Positions 25,550 through 39,489 of a stretch of DNA of 64,000 bases are shown here, piece after piece. This DNA comes from Lingula anatina (lineage: Eukaryota > Animalia > Brachiopoda), in contig CM120647.1 of assembly GCA_051362555.1 (NCBI GenBank), positions 5,952,001 to 6,016,000 on the forward strand, read 5' to 3'. The notes under the pieces are model-generated. The model did no database searches. It was given only the letters and a program-made list of their open reading frames with translations, and was not told the DNA's origin. Each line of letters starts with the position of its first letter. Position 1 is the first letter of the stretch. The position numbers and the translations under genes are program-made.

Positions 25550-26190
25550 AGCTTATGGAAAAAAAATGAAAAAAGGATTGACAAGAGATGACATAAACAG
25601 AAAATATTTTCATTCCCAACCCAGTTGCATTGATGTTGGTTTATGGAAAAACTGGAGAAAAAAATGGACAAGTGTTGACATAAACAGATAATATTTTCAT
25701 TCCCAACCCAGTTGCATTGACTTTCGTTTATTGAAAACAGGAGAAAAAATAGACAAGTGTTGACAAAAACAGAAAACATCTTCATTCCTGGAAAACTGAG
25801 AAAGCAGAGGTTTCACTATTGTGATCCTTACCACCCTCTTTAGTCTTAATCCAATCCTAAAGTGGTTACTGTAATTTAAAATAGACAGGATTACCGTAGA
25901 AACACAATCGGAGCTTCTCAATCAAGGGCCCCGTTTCCTGGAATTTCATTCCCAACCCAGTTGCATTGACTTTGGTTTATGGAAATAACAGGAGAAAAAA
26001 GAGACTAGTGTTGATGAAAACAGAAAACATTTTCACTCCTCGAAAACTCAGAATGTAGAGGTTTCACTATTGTGATCCTTACCACCCTCTTAATCCAATC
26101 CTAAAGTGGTTACTGTAATTAAAAATAGGCAGGATTGCCGTAGAAACACAATCGGGGCTTTTCAATCAAGGGCCTCATTTCCTGGAAGTT
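25550..26190. repeat. Nested local duplications (ttcattcccaacccagttgcattga x3; ~230-bp unit x2)
   Basis: Repeated blocks are directly visible. Confidence 0.75.
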
Positions 26191-27601
26191 AGAACTAAAA
26201 ACATTTTTCCCAAACCGTCACACAACTGAAATTATTGATCCCATTTAGAAAGGCAAGAGATCTGCACTTAAGTCTAGTTATCGTTGTTAATTCAAAGCTC
26301 GTCATCGACATCCAGGGACTTGGTGTGAATTCCAAGCCATTAAACTGTTCCAGAATATCGATGCATGGTGGCGAGGACAATATGGCCGAGCTTGATAATT
26401 ATGGTTATGGTAAAAACAAAAAGAGGGTAATGACTTTAGGGCCTGCATCACTTTCTGGTGCATGCACAAATATTTAAGCATTTGGAATTGGATTGAAAGA
26501 TGTCATTTGGCTGTTCTTATTTATAGACGTAATCATTTACTGAGTTATGTACTTGCTTGGGTGTTTATTATTGTTATTGTTGTTATATTTCTCTTTTCAT
26601 CCTATTTATTTTTCTCTCTTTTATTTCTAGAGTCCAGAATATAAGGTACTAGTAGTCTGGTACTTAGCATATAAGAAATCTTTGTGTAATTTATATATGT
26701 GTTAACTTTTCTTTTTAGTGACATCAGCAAACAAAAGCCCCCCACAGCTCAATCCAGCCACATTAATTGCCAAGGAAACTATGGAGCAATTTGTTAGCGC
26801 CTAAGAGAAAGGATTATCCTCGGAGCAGGGTATATTTTACAGATTTGTTGTGCCTTGGCCATTTTGCTGCAGAGGAGAAGAAGGCAAAGGAAAAAGGTGC
26901 GATATATTACGTTACAAGGCTTTTTGCTGTTGATAGTAACGCTGTTTATCTGAGAAGGCAATTTTCAATGGGACAGTTCCATCCCGAAAAAGTCTCAGTT
27001 TAATTCTCTTTGAGGCATTCGAAGAAAATTGGCACAGAAAGTCGTACACAAGGCTGTGAGAGGATTTCTCTTTACAAGTTCATTAGTCTGAAAAAAAATC
27101 AATTAGAAATTGATTTATTGATTGCTCAAAAGAAAGCAAAGGAAAGAGAAGGAAGATAGAAAAGAAAGGAAATAGATAACAAGGGTAAAATATTGGATAA
27201 CAGAACTCAAAATTAGGAGTTGATAAAAGAAGCGACAAAGTGGAGCTGGACCTGGCATTACCTGGCATCTTGTGTCTTGGGGAAAACTTGTCAGGGTTTT
27301 TGTATCTAGTCAAAAGAACGGCTGCTTCAACAAGTGCTCGTCACGCCTTTGAGGATTAGATGGTAAGTTGGCTTTATCTATTTATTTATTTTATGTCATT
27401 TATGTATACTTCATTTGTTTGTTTGAAATCATTGTTATTATTATTTGGTACCATTATATTTTTCAAATGCCTATGACCCAACGTATGTGATATACATATA
27501 TATATATGTTTAATTGAAGGAATACTAGTAATGAATGCTAGTAGTACCAAATTGTGTTAAGTCTAGTAATACTGCGCAGTAGGTTAAGCTGATTAGTTTT
27601 A

Positions 27602-27816
27602 CACCCCATTTCCATAGATTAGATCGACCTACTTTAGATGGACCTAACTCCCTGGGGGTTCACACTAAATAGCTGTCAGCCGGGCAGACATGAAAGTTAA
27701 TTACCCTCTTACAGGTTGTAGTAGGCGGGAGGGACATTTAAGTCGGATTATCTGAAAGTAATCTAGTGGGACTCCCCGCGGGGATAGATCGATCTAAAAT
27801 CTATGGGAATAGAGCC
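27602..27816 (-). mobile_element. MITE family A copy with TTA target-site duplication
   Basis: TTA at 27599-27601 and 27817-27819 flanks the element. Confidence 0.8.
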
Positions 27817-28346
27817 TTACACTCAGTCTGATAATTTGGCAATGTTCTGCCTGTTCTTTCAATAGGGGAATTTTGCAGAAGTGCTCCCAGTTGTTTAGCA
27901 GTTATAATATTACTTTCGATAGTGAAATTCACCAGTCTCTATTTTCAGCACAATATACTGACTCATAGACTCGAAACTTTTAGGGGAACATTCAGATTCT
28001 CACATGGTACTAGCTGGATCGGTTCAACTAGGCGAGGGATAAGTGCAATCAGTGGAATCAGCTTAATCAGTACACAATAGTTAATTACCCCTAGCTGCTC
28101 AAGGAGGCATGTCGTACAATTAAGCTGATTCCACTGATTGCAATTAAGAGGGAATTCACCCAAAGAGTTGGACCAACCCAACTTGTACAGTGTGACAATG
28201 TGGATGCTGTCTAAAACGCTGAAGCATGTTTATGACTAATGATTATGTTTATAGGTTTGGATATGTAGAGCCTTTATGATGAAGGGCAAAGTGTTGACAT
28301 TTACAAGCAAATTTTAGATTTGCTAATTACAAATAGATGGTGTAAT

Positions 28347-28403
<57 letters not shown>

Positions 28404-28511
28404 CTTCAGACCCCGATTGGAAAAGAAAAGTCTAGTAGCTTTGGAAGATGTGTAGATCTATACAGAATTTACAGAAATTATGACATCAGGACAGTTTGAA
28501 ACATGGATAGT

Positions 28512-28684
28512 CTGGGGTAGCGCTAGCAATTTTTTTCACTTAGCCAAATCACCTTATTTTTGTCAGTTTGTTATCAAAATGGTTATAATTTGGCTGAAAC
28601 ATGTCAATTCAAGCCCTTTTTCTTTAGCCAATTTAAGTCAGTTTTAGCATTTGGCTAAATTGGCGAGTGTTAGCGCTACCCCAG
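28512..28684. mobile_element. Family B element, 5-bp TSD ATAGT
   Basis: Same TIRs and length (173 bp); ATAGT on both flanks. Confidence 0.85.
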
Positions 28685-29316
28685 ATAGTATACATTAAAT
28701 ATCAGATTTGATTTCTTAAAAAGCAGCCCTTATGAATCCTCAAAAGAACATTATTTCAACATAGAAGCCCCTCCTCAGTTGAAAAGAAATTTTTAATGTT
28801 TTATTTGGTGAAATAGAGTATTTATTAGCAAGTCCATCATGGGATCAGAAGTATTTGATTAAGGATCAGATGATTAAATATTTCACTTAAAAACATCATG
28901 TGGAAATTATTTTCTAGTGCACTTGTTTTAGAAATCCTATCATTCCTATTCATGAACAATTCAAAAACATATACAATTTACTTATTTCTATTTAATAATT
29001 TTTTGAATCGGTCATGATTCAGAAAAACAGCCCAAAATCAAAATTCAGTTATTCCTTAATGAGATTTTTGAAGGAGAAGTTACTAATTTGGAACTGAATT
29101 TCTCGAGATTGGGTAAACCATCAGTTCAATTAAGTGCTAAAACTGGCAAGGAAACGTAAATGATTTATTGAGTCAGAACAAACAGCCAAGTTCGATGATC
29201 TAGCGGAAGTTGCAGATGATTAAATTACCATAAAAAATCAATGCAGTAATCAGTGACTTGGGGTTGACTTTCAGAACTCTCTCTCTCTCTCTCTCTCAAA
29301 CTGATTTCATTCTTCA

Positions 29317-29353
<37 letters not shown>

Positions 29354-30200
29354 CTTATTGTTCTCCTTTTCTCTTTCTCTCCAACCATCATCTCTGCAAA
29401 GTTCTATACTTTTGTGATGTCTGACAGATAAATGTGCACACATGGCCATTTGAAAAAAATCATAAAAAAGTCATGCATTGGATCAAAAATCCTTGATTGG
29501 ATCTGTAGCTCTAAATAAACTCTGGCTTGATCATAAATGTTTAGGGATATGTGTACACGGTATATGTGCAATCGCCATCTGTAACCATATTTGTATGATC
29601 TCTGTCTTCTCTCCCGCTTCGGGCAGGAATTTAATGGTCCCTGATCAAACAGATTACCGAGAGATGTTTAGCTCGGATCGTAGCTGTGAAATCGTTGCTA
29701 ATTGAGTTTGATGTCAATTTGGCTTGGCAAACAACCATTTCTAGTTGGCCTGTTTGCTATTGAACCTTGTGTCTGAGCTTGTTGATGCCCTCTAAAGACA
29801 CACACAGCCTTCCGGGCATCGTGATCAATACTTGAACGTATAGCTACTAATACACCAGACTCGAGAAGAACTGATTGAGCATTAGGGCAAACTTGGTGAG
29901 GTAAGCGTAAAATTCTGATGTAGGTCTGATGAAATCCATAAAAATAGTGTGAAGGGGGGGTTGGGTGGTGGTTAGTAGTTGGGTGGGTGCATGGTTGGGG
30001 GTGATTAGACATAAAGTGGTGTTGATAGTTTACAGGCACTGTCTGAGAATTAAATACAGTAGGTGTAGCATTGATTGAGCAACGGGTAAATTGGTAAGGT
30101 ACTAGTAAGTGTAAACCAACAATCACTTGGTAAATTCTGATGCAGATCTGATATAGTGCATATACCGGTAGGTGGGTTAATGAGGGTGGATAATATAGTA

Positions 30201-30373
30201 CTGGGGTGGCGCTAGCAATTATTTTAGTTTAGCCAATTTACTACTTTTTCATCACTTTTTTGTCCAAATGGTTTATATTTGACTAAAATCAGTCAAATCA
30301 ACCCTATTTTGTTAAGCCAATTTCAGTCAGTTTTAGCATTTTGCTAAATTGGTGAGTGGTAGCGCTACCCCAG
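30201..30373. mobile_element. Family B element (TSD TAGTA/GAGTA)
   Basis: 173 bp, TIRs with one or two mismatches, near-matching 5-bp flanks. Confidence 0.8.
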
Positions 30374-30743
30374 GAGTAGATGTGTGAGGGTGATTAGACG
30401 CCGGTTAGTGGTGCTGATAGTTGTAGAAAGCACTGTCTGAAAATTAGATACAAAAGGTGTCATGTGTTCTCTGTTACCTGTTGTGTTTAAATGTGAGCCC
30501 TTGGGCTGTTGTTCTAGACTGCTGGGGGGGTAAAATCAGCTTGAATGCCTACCGTAAGGTACTAGTAGTGTATTTATAAGCGCATTAAAGAAAAATGAGG
30601 TGGGTAGTGATTTACAAACAGAACTGGAGAAAAAATCTATATGTGTAGTCTAAATTAAGACTGCTTGCCACATTAGCTGTAGGACTCTTTCAATCACTCT
30701 GTCTTTTACTCCCATTTTGTTCTCTGTTTCTCTTTCTTCCTTA

Positions 30744-30785
<42 letters not shown>

Positions 30786-30933
30786 CATTATGTTAGAACT
30801 GCATATCTCTCTCTCATTCACTCTTTTTCTCTCTCTCCCTCTCTCCCTCTTGATCTTTCCCTTTCAAATTTCCTCTCTCTCACTCTTACTTTCTCTTTCT
30901 CTCTCCCTCTCTCTCTCTCGCCCTCTGTTAAAC

Positions 30934-30985
<52 letters not shown>

Positions 30986-32794
30986 ATCAAGTACAAACTC
31001 AAACCACATCATAGGCAGTCCACATATTAAGTCAACATAACCACTTGGTAATATTTACCCTGCACATTGAGACCCAGCCAGAATTAGAACCCAGTGGCAA
31101 TATATTCTACGTAAAAGGTGTCATTGCGTAAATATTGCATGGCGCGAACATAACAGAGCACTTGAGCACTTGGCGACCACCCAGATGGCAGTAATTGTGA
31201 TAAATTGTGACCGTTATCAAGTATGAGCAGTATATAAAGCCATTGCAATGGCAGGACCAGAAAGGGGGGGGGGGGGGGTGCACAGTGTGACATGCCCCTC
31301 CCCCTCCTCCCCCCCCCCACCCCTGCATCAGAGGTAGCCCCTTTCTCCATCGCCTCCCCCCACTCATGTACCCAAGAAAGAAGAGGGGGCAGAATAAAAA
31401 CAGCTGATCAGCATAGAAAAAGTTTACTATAATCCAAAATTCGATCTAGTCTCTACATTATAGCTCAGATTGGGTCAACTGGGGAAGGGGGTGGGGGGGG
31501 GGGGGGGAGGTCCACTTTTTTTCTAAAAATACCCCCCCCCCCCCCCCAACCCTTTTGAAATAGTTGGCTACAGGTCTGAACTATGGTAACATTTAAACCT
31601 ACATTTGAGGTAAGATGCTATGTACAGGATATTCTTGATCTCTGTTGAGAATAGAAAATGACATTTTGTGGAGAATAGAGAATGACATTTTATTAAGTAT
31701 GGATGACATGGGAATGAAAAGATGACAATGGATATTTGTCATATGGTCAGTGGTCCATAAATATTTAGTTATTGAAGATTGAAAATTGAGGCCTGGTTTC
31801 AAAGTTACAGTAAATGTCACCTCAAACGACCGCTACACAGCTATTCTCCTTTTAATATTTCAGTATTAATGAAGAAACTATCATTGTAATTTAAAGTGCA
31901 TTAAACGATGCTGATGAAATGGCAGACTTAGCTGGGTTTTCATTTTTTATCATATTGATACCCTCATTTTGAAATATTCCACTGTCGATCATGCTGGTAG
32001 ATTCAGCTGATGCAACTGCCAATATCAGACATTGATTTAAATCCTGACATGAAGCACCCCGAGTCCCAAAGCTGATTGGGAACTTACCTTAGGAGACATT
32101 GATTTAAAGCCTGGCATGTAGAACCCCAAGTTCTAAAAAATTTTGTTAACCGACCTTTGTGAATCCGCATGCATGCATCTCCCTTTTCTAGTTACTGATC
32201 TAGACAGACAGACAGCTAAACTGATTGGTAAATAAATGAATCCATAAAAATAAAGGGACAAACAACTAAAAAAAGATAAATAAATGGATTATAAACAAAT
32301 CTGACAGGATCAAATTTCAGTTACTAGTACTTGATAGAAATGAGAAATGGAATCATGACCAGTATATATCTGAATGTAGGTCTGGACTAGAAGACCATAC
32401 ATATAGGAAAATTATTCAGTAAAATTATTGGATTTTTATGGTCTGGTGGTATCTAAAGTAAAATTGAAGACTGGGAAAACTCTTAACTGGTGCAGGGCAT
32501 GCATGTAAAGATAATAGTCCAAACATGGGCATTCTTCGATCTTTCTCTCCAAGCTGTCATAAATGTTTATGTTTCACAAGTTGAATTATTGAACGTCATT
32601 ATTGGATTCTGCTCTACATCTTCCCATGTGGAAGTGAGTGTAATGAAATGGGAAGAGCCAGTTTTGTTGGGTTGAAGAAATAAAGGACACTTTGCCATAG
32701 TCAACCTTCGACAATGTCAGTTGATGGCAGGAGGGGGATAAACCCCAGCTTCAGGGGTCCCCCCCCCCCCAACCCCCTGGAAAATAATTATATG

Positions 32795-33335
32795 TCAAGT
32801 GAAAAAAGACAAAACCAAGAAACATTTTGTACCCTGTTCCCTAAATTTCTTAGTAAAATTACCCTTGTCTATTACATTGAATTTTTGCCTGAAAGAAACA
32901 AGTCCAGATTTTTTTTTTCTTTTTGTCACGTAAGCAAAATTCGGATCTTCTAGTGAACTTAGTACATGGATGACAAGCTATCATAAATGCTAAAATCTCC
33001 TGACTTCAATTATTGAATGCTGTTATTGGATAGCTGAGTTGTATGTATGTATATATGTGTGAAGTAAAACAAGACAAAACCAAGCAACATTATTTCTTAC
33101 CTTGTTCCCCTTAGTAAAAATGTCCCTGTCTTTGATTTTTAATTTTTTTTTTTTTAATTTGTTGGTTGAAGGAAAAAACTCCATAATGTTTTATTATTAT
33201 TATTTTTTTTTTTTTGTCACATAATCAAAATTCAGGATCTTCTAGTGCACTTAGTACAAGGATGACAAGATGCCATAAATGCTTAAATCTCCTGACTTAA
33301 ATTATTAAACGCTATTATTGGATTGTTTGAGTTGT
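32795..33335. repeat. ~270-bp direct tandem duplication
   Basis: aagacaaaaccaag...ggatcttctagtg..cttagtaca..gatgacaag...aaatctcctgact occurs twice. Confidence 0.75.
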
Positions 33336-33782
33336 ATGAGGCAGGTGGCTTGTTCAAGCTCTCCAGGGTGACAGCTGCTGAGGGACTGGGATTGATTGTT
33401 TAAATCCTTGCTTGATGGAGAGGAAGGCATGGATTGATATTAAGGTAATTGCTGTAAATTTTCAACTGACAATAAAGGTTTGATATTTTGTATCTTTTTT
33501 TTTGTAATTTTAAAAAGTGGTACTACAGATGCATCTCGATGTTACTGACATTAAATCATTTAGCACTGGTCACTAAGTGCACAGGATTAAGACAAATGAA
33601 AATGGATTTTTAATATGTTATGCTCAACCTTTGTTGATATTATATTACTTAAGTTTATCATTTTAGACACAACAATTCACTTTCTAACATGAAGCCAACT
33701 GATTTTACAAAACTTTTTTTCCGAACATTTTATTTATTAAATTATCTATTTTTTATTTATCTATTAATTAATTAATTTATTT

Positions 33783-34560
33783 ATTTATTTGGGAAGGGGT
33801 GTGATCATTTATTAAAATATTTCAAAGTTATGGAATTATTACCGTATACAACTTTCTACAGCCCGCAGGTGTGTGTCCGTGTGTGTTCGTTTAATGCATT
33901 TAATGCACGTGATTGAAATGTTGTACGTGATGTGGATTAGGATGTGACATGAAATACCTACAGGCAAGATGGAAACTCCAGACCAGTTTTGGCCCGATAT
34001 AATACCTTAATGTTGCCTAAGGTATGGTTTTATTTATTTATTTATTTATTTTTATTTTATTTTTTCATTCAACCAGTATTATTTCTGACCAGTGAGAGAC
34101 ATACAACATAGATTTCCTGCATGGGGCTAGCTATATAGTTTAACCAAAGACTTTCACCAAAAGTTGGTTTAATGTTTGACCTATAAGAATTTGTTACTTC
34201 TTTATTTGGGAAGGGGTCTGATGATTTATTAAAGTTGTTCAAAATTATTGAGTTATTACCATCAACAACTTTCTACAGCCCCCAGGTGTGTGTCCATGTT
34301 TTCGTTTAATGCATGTGTTGAGCGTGATGTGGATTAGGATGCGATATGAAATCAGCTCCAGGCAACAAGGAAACCTCAGACTAGTTTTGGCCTGGTATAT
34401 AACCTTAATGTTGCCTAAGATCTCTTTTTATTTATTTTTTTTTTCACCCAGTATTATTTTTGACCAGTGAGAGACAGACTACATAGAGTGCCTGCGTGGG
34501 GCATTACATGTTTAACTAAAGACTCACTGAAAGTCGGTTTTAACTGTTAGACCAATATCT
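33783..34560. repeat. ~415-bp direct tandem duplication
   Basis: tttatttgggaaggggt...acaactttctacagcc...gaccagtgagagaca occurs from ~33785 and again from ~34201. Confidence 0.75.
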
Positions 34561-34857
34561 TTGTCTACTATATTTGTGTGCTACTAGATAAGTCAGCAAT
34601 GGCCCCTTTCTATAAAACTTCATACCTATTTTTTGAAGTTTGAAGAAAGAATTCATTTGTTTTATATCTCAGAGAAACAGTCAATTCATTTTAGTGGACT
34701 AAATGAGATAAATTATCCTAAAGTAGACAAAAAAAACCCATCTTATCTTAATACCAGTTTGCAGTTTTATTTGTTCCTTTAATTTGTGAAAGTAACTCTG
34801 AAAATCTGAATTCTCTACAGTGCTCTCTGGGTAGTTACCTATCTTAGATATATATTA

Positions 34858-35083
34858 CACCCCATTTCCATAGATTTTTAGATCGATCTATCCCTGTGGG
34901 GAGTCTCACTAGATTACTGTCGGCTTGGCCGGCTTAAGCGTCTGTCCCACCTACTAAAAGCTGTAAGGGGGTAATTAACTATGGTGCCCGCTCGGCTGAC
35001 TGCAATTTAGCGAGAACCCCCAGGGAGTTAGGTCGATCTAAATCTTAATCTTTAGATCGATCTAAATCTCTGGGAAAGCACCC
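34858..35083 (+). mobile_element. MITE family A copy (diverged)
   Basis: Shares the ggggagtctcactagattactgtc...gaacccccagggagttaggtcgatcta core. Confidence 0.75.
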
Positions 35084-37707
35084 TAAAAAAGAGACGGATG
35101 TGGTTTATATCTTTAGGCAAATATTATGTATCAGCTAGTATATTTCTCCTCCTTATTCTTCCGTACCATGTTAACACATATCACGATGCATGCAAATGAC
35201 AATGCCAATACACCGGATATCGCATGTTTGTAATTTGGCCAATCTGTTCTGCTTTTCCTAGACGCAAACATCCTCGTTTTGTATTTATTTGTGTACTCTA
35301 CTTCTTTAACTATACAAATAGAATTTTTTTGTATTGATTTTTTTTTTTATTTATAGAGATAGAACATCAGATTAAAGCAAAAATAGATGATAGTATGCTA
35401 AGTCTGTAATGAGAGTTTTGGTTATAGGCATGGAATATTTGTATAATTATTTCAGTGTGCTGCTCCATCAATTATTTGTCTCTTTGATCATAGCCAACTT
35501 AAATAATAATCTTATGACCTGCCTTTTAAAAGAAAAGAACAAACATAAGCATGAATATTTGAAATTTGGCTGATGATGGCTGCATTTCTTGAAGGTCCCT
35601 CTAATAAAAAGAAATGAAGTGGATTAGTGATAAACATTAAATAGTGTTGATTAATGATATTAACGTAGTGTGAACGCCTGAAATATCTACATTTAAAATA
35701 TAATTTCCAAACAAATTTATGTCTCAAATTTTTGTGTTATTTTATTTATAGATAAAGATAATTTTTTTAAAAACAAAAATAGATGACAATGTGGTAAATG
35801 TGAGACATTTATGGGTATAGACATTGAAAATTTGTATTTATTTCTATGCACTGCTCCGTCAACCATATATAATAATCAAGATTAATGTATTGATTTATTT
35901 TATTTATAGAAATAGATCATGACTATAAGAAATATAGGTGAGGCTGTGTCAGGTATTCGGGTATGGAGTAATTTTTTAGTTGACGTCAATGCCAGATGAC
36001 AAGAAGCTTGACAGTGACAGATTACATTATGGGTTATTGTAGTATCTTTATATAGTAGGTGATGGAAATATTACTTATAGAAGACTGACTATTTCTGATA
36101 TGAAATACGTATTCAAAATAATCGTTTTTCTTTTTGACACATACAACAATAAACTTTCTCATGCAAAGCCAACTGGTTTTGTAATAGCCTTTAGATTTAC
36201 TTTTCTAATATAACTGATTTTACTTTTTTATTTTTTGAAGGGTGAGGTAGTAAACAGTTTTTTAAAAATTATTGAATAATAATGGTACTTTCGCAGAGTG
36301 CTTCACAGGCCATGGTAGATAATTTTAATTATTCTCTTAAAAGTCATAAATTGATGATACATCCTCATGTAATATTTAACGCAATGTGTGACAGCCGTAA
36401 CATGGCTTTATCATCAAGGAAACATTCAACTCTTTGTCATCACCTTTGAATGTAATTTACAAGAAACCCCTCAAAGCTGGGTCGATCCTGCTAAGATCAA
36501 TCTACGAATGGGAACAGGGTCTAAGACTGGTCAGTTGCCCAGTTGATCAATACCACATGTATACAGTTCACTGACCACCCATTAGGACATGCCAAATAAA
36601 CTTTGGTCAATTAATTATTCCTGAAGTGTTGGGCAAATTACTTACACGGTATTTGTATGATCATTCGGTCAGTAGTTATAAAGTCCTCGAGGCTTGTTTG
36701 CAGATTATGTCCAGCATTTAATTTTATTTGGTTATTTGATTTCCAGTGGATATTTCAATTTATTTTCGTCCAATAGCTACTGAAATATTCATGACCTGGT
36801 CTATATAGTCTGATATTTGACTTTTTTTCATTATATTTGAATATAGGTTTTCTATATTTACTTCTCTCTTAACGCGGGACAAAGTTTACTCAACCGCTGT
36901 GTGGTATTAATATTGAGTAGACTTTGAGTATGAAATATCCACACTAGAGAGGTAATGGATGTTGTTTCTCAAGCTATAATTTCAGTCCTTAAAAGGTTTA
37001 AATATTGACTACGGTAATAATTTTAACTTTTCAAGCACCTTGTACAATTTTAGTATACTTTTTCGATTTTGTTAAGTTACCCTTTAAATGTACATCTGTT
37101 CGAAAATACAACTAAATTTTCAAAACTTTAAAAACAACATTTCAAATATTACTAACAAAAACATTAATCGTTATTAGGAAATGTATTATTTCGTTTTGTG
37201 CGAATGAAATGAGTAATTACCATAGTCGTGTGTCCTTGTGCTGGATTGGTTTATCTGAATTATTTGCTGGAGACAAATAAATGTACATACAGGTTCGTGT
37301 ATGGAGTTTTTTCTCATATTGAACCACGTTTGGCAGTGTTATCAACGCAGCCTTAGTTTTGGACACTTTCCAAGTTAAACTTCACAACTTTAGTGATTAA
37401 ACAGGTGGGTGAATTTGCGTTGTCTAGCATGTCTGGTTTTAAAATTTCTGTATTTTATAACGTAATGATGATGATAATGATAATTTTGTTGAAGTATTAT
37501 GCATACACTCCATGCTAAAAGATTGTACACGTATCAGGGGCAGATCCAGAGATATTTTCTGACAGTCTTCCAGCAGAAAAATTAAAAAATTAGATGACCA
37601 TTAATGTAAACTTGAAAAATCTGACCATCTTCCGGAAGACCCAGAAGATGGCCTTAATTTGCCCCTGTGTATGAAATCTTAAGAAGGTGAAATATAATTA
37701 ACATGAA

Positions 37708-38055
37708 GTCAAGAGTTGTTATATCTAAATATAAGGGAAAAAATGTCACAGTTTAAAGAGCATGGTGTAGAATTACTTAAAAGCTACTGAAAATTCTATG
37801 GTATATATGTATGCAGAATTACACAGTTTAAGACAAGAGTTGTTATATTCAAATATAAGGGAAAAAATGTCACAGTTTAAAGAGCATGGTGTATAATTAC
37901 ATAAAAGCTACTGAAAATGCTTTATATATATATATATATGTACCAGTATGAAGAATTACACAGTTTAAGACAAGAGTTGTTATATCCAAATATAAAAGAA
38001 AAAAGGTCACAGTTTAAAGAGCACAGTGTAGAACTACCTAAAAGCTACTGAAATG
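37708..38055. repeat. ~125-bp tandem triplication
   Basis: caagagttgttatat...gtcacagtttaaagagca...aaaagctactgaaa occurs three times. Confidence 0.8.
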
Positions 38056-38452
38056 TGACATGGAATTAAAGTACAGCTGAATCATTTGGCTACTAGTAGA
38101 GAACATTTGGCATAGTATTTATAAGCCAGAGGCATGTTAAGGGGACAGACACGTATATGTCAACTCGCACAGTCTCTCTGTCTGTATATATATTCTGATC
38201 AGTCTGTCTGTCTCCGTCGTCACCGTCCCCGTCCGACACATATGAAGTTCACCCCATAACTTTCACACCATATTTTTGTTTTACTGTAAATTTACTGGGA
38301 GGCTTTGTTTGGTAAAAATGCAGGTTGCTTTCAAAAATAGGCAAGATTGGTTTACATTTACTGAAACAGGCAATAAAAAAAAAAAAAGTTCCATGTTCTA
38401 TCTCCCAGCTAACATTATACGAACTAATGTATGCTATTATCCCGGAGCACTT

Positions 38453-39076
38453 TGACTGGCAAATGTGATGTAATGTGATATATAACCTGGGGACATTGAG
38501 AAGGTGACTGGCAAATGTGATGTAATGTGATATATAACCTGGGGACATTGAGAGGGTGACTGGCAAATGTGATGTAATGTGATATATAACCTGGGGACAT
38601 TGAGAGGGTGACTGGCAAATGTGATGTAATGTGATATATAACCTGGGGACATTGAGAAGGTGACTGGCAAATGTGATGTAATGTGATATATAACCTGGGG
38701 ACATTGAGAGGGTGACTGGCAAATGTGATGTAATGTGATATATAACCTGGGGACATTGAGAGGGTGACTGGCAAATGTGATGTAATGTGATATATAACCT
38801 GGGGACATTAAGAAGGTGACTGGCAAATGTGATGTAATGTGATATATAACCTGGGGACATTGAGAAGGTGACTGGCAAATGTGATGTAATGTGATATATA
38901 ACCTGGGGACATTGAGAAGGTGACTGGCAAATGTGATGTAATGTGATATATAACCTGGGGACATTGAGAGGGTGACTGGCAAATGTGATGTAATGTGATA
39001 TATAACCTGGGGACATTGAGAAGGTGACTGGCAAATGTGATGTAATGTGATATATAACCTGGGGACATTGAGAGGG
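38453..39076. repeat. 52-bp minisatellite, 12 nearly identical copies
   Basis: Unit tgactggcaaatgtgatgtaatgtgatatataacctggggacattgaga(a/g)gg; 624 bp = 12 x 52. Confidence 0.95.
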
Positions 39077-39317
39077 ACGTTCTCTGGCTGTTACCAACAC
39101 ACTCACACATTGGCTTTCATGGTAATTCATTGAATTATTCACATTGCTTGAAGTAGAAATTTTTCAGGCACATTGTTTTTGACCAAAAATTCAGTGTTTT
39201 GCTGATACTGATATTCATAAATTCCATAGGCTGCATTGTAAGTGTACGCCATCACCTAATCTGACGAAAAAGCATCTATTTTCCAGTGTTTGGGGCTGTT
39301 CAGAGTAATGTAGGTTG

Positions 39318-39489
39318 CTGGGGTAGGGCTAACACTCGCCAATTTAGCCAAATGCTAAAACTGACTTAAATTGGCTAAAGAAAAAGTGCTTGATTTGACA
39401 TATTTTAGCCAAATTGTAACCATTTTGATAACAAATTGACAAAAATGTAGTGATTGGCTAAGCAAAAAATTTTGCTAGCGCTACCCCAG
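39318..39489. mobile_element. Family B element (opposite orientation), 5-bp TSD GGTTG
   Basis: GGTTG on both flanks. Truncated relatives at ~22120-22160 and ~40045-40205. Confidence 0.85.

Larger units (their letters stand above)
23850..33444 (+). other. Candidate non-coding/alternative 5' exons of the PKI gene (donor GTs at 24004, 27363, 33445)
   Basis: Good + strand donors: CAG|GTAAAC (24004), ATG|GTAAGT (27363), AAG|GTAATT (33445). The first PKI coding exon begins at a splice acceptor, so at least one upstream exon is needed, and no other gene is visible between 21 and 41 kb. Confidence 0.35.

Noticed and set aside
38453-39076. Possible CRISPR-like array
   Set aside because: Head-to-tail identical units with no unique spacers, no cas genes, and a eukaryotic context.
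38249-39142. 297-aa and overlapping minus-strand ORFs (MSPGYISHYITFASH... repeats)
   Set aside because: They are translations of the 52-bp minisatellite cycling through three frames; no gene context.
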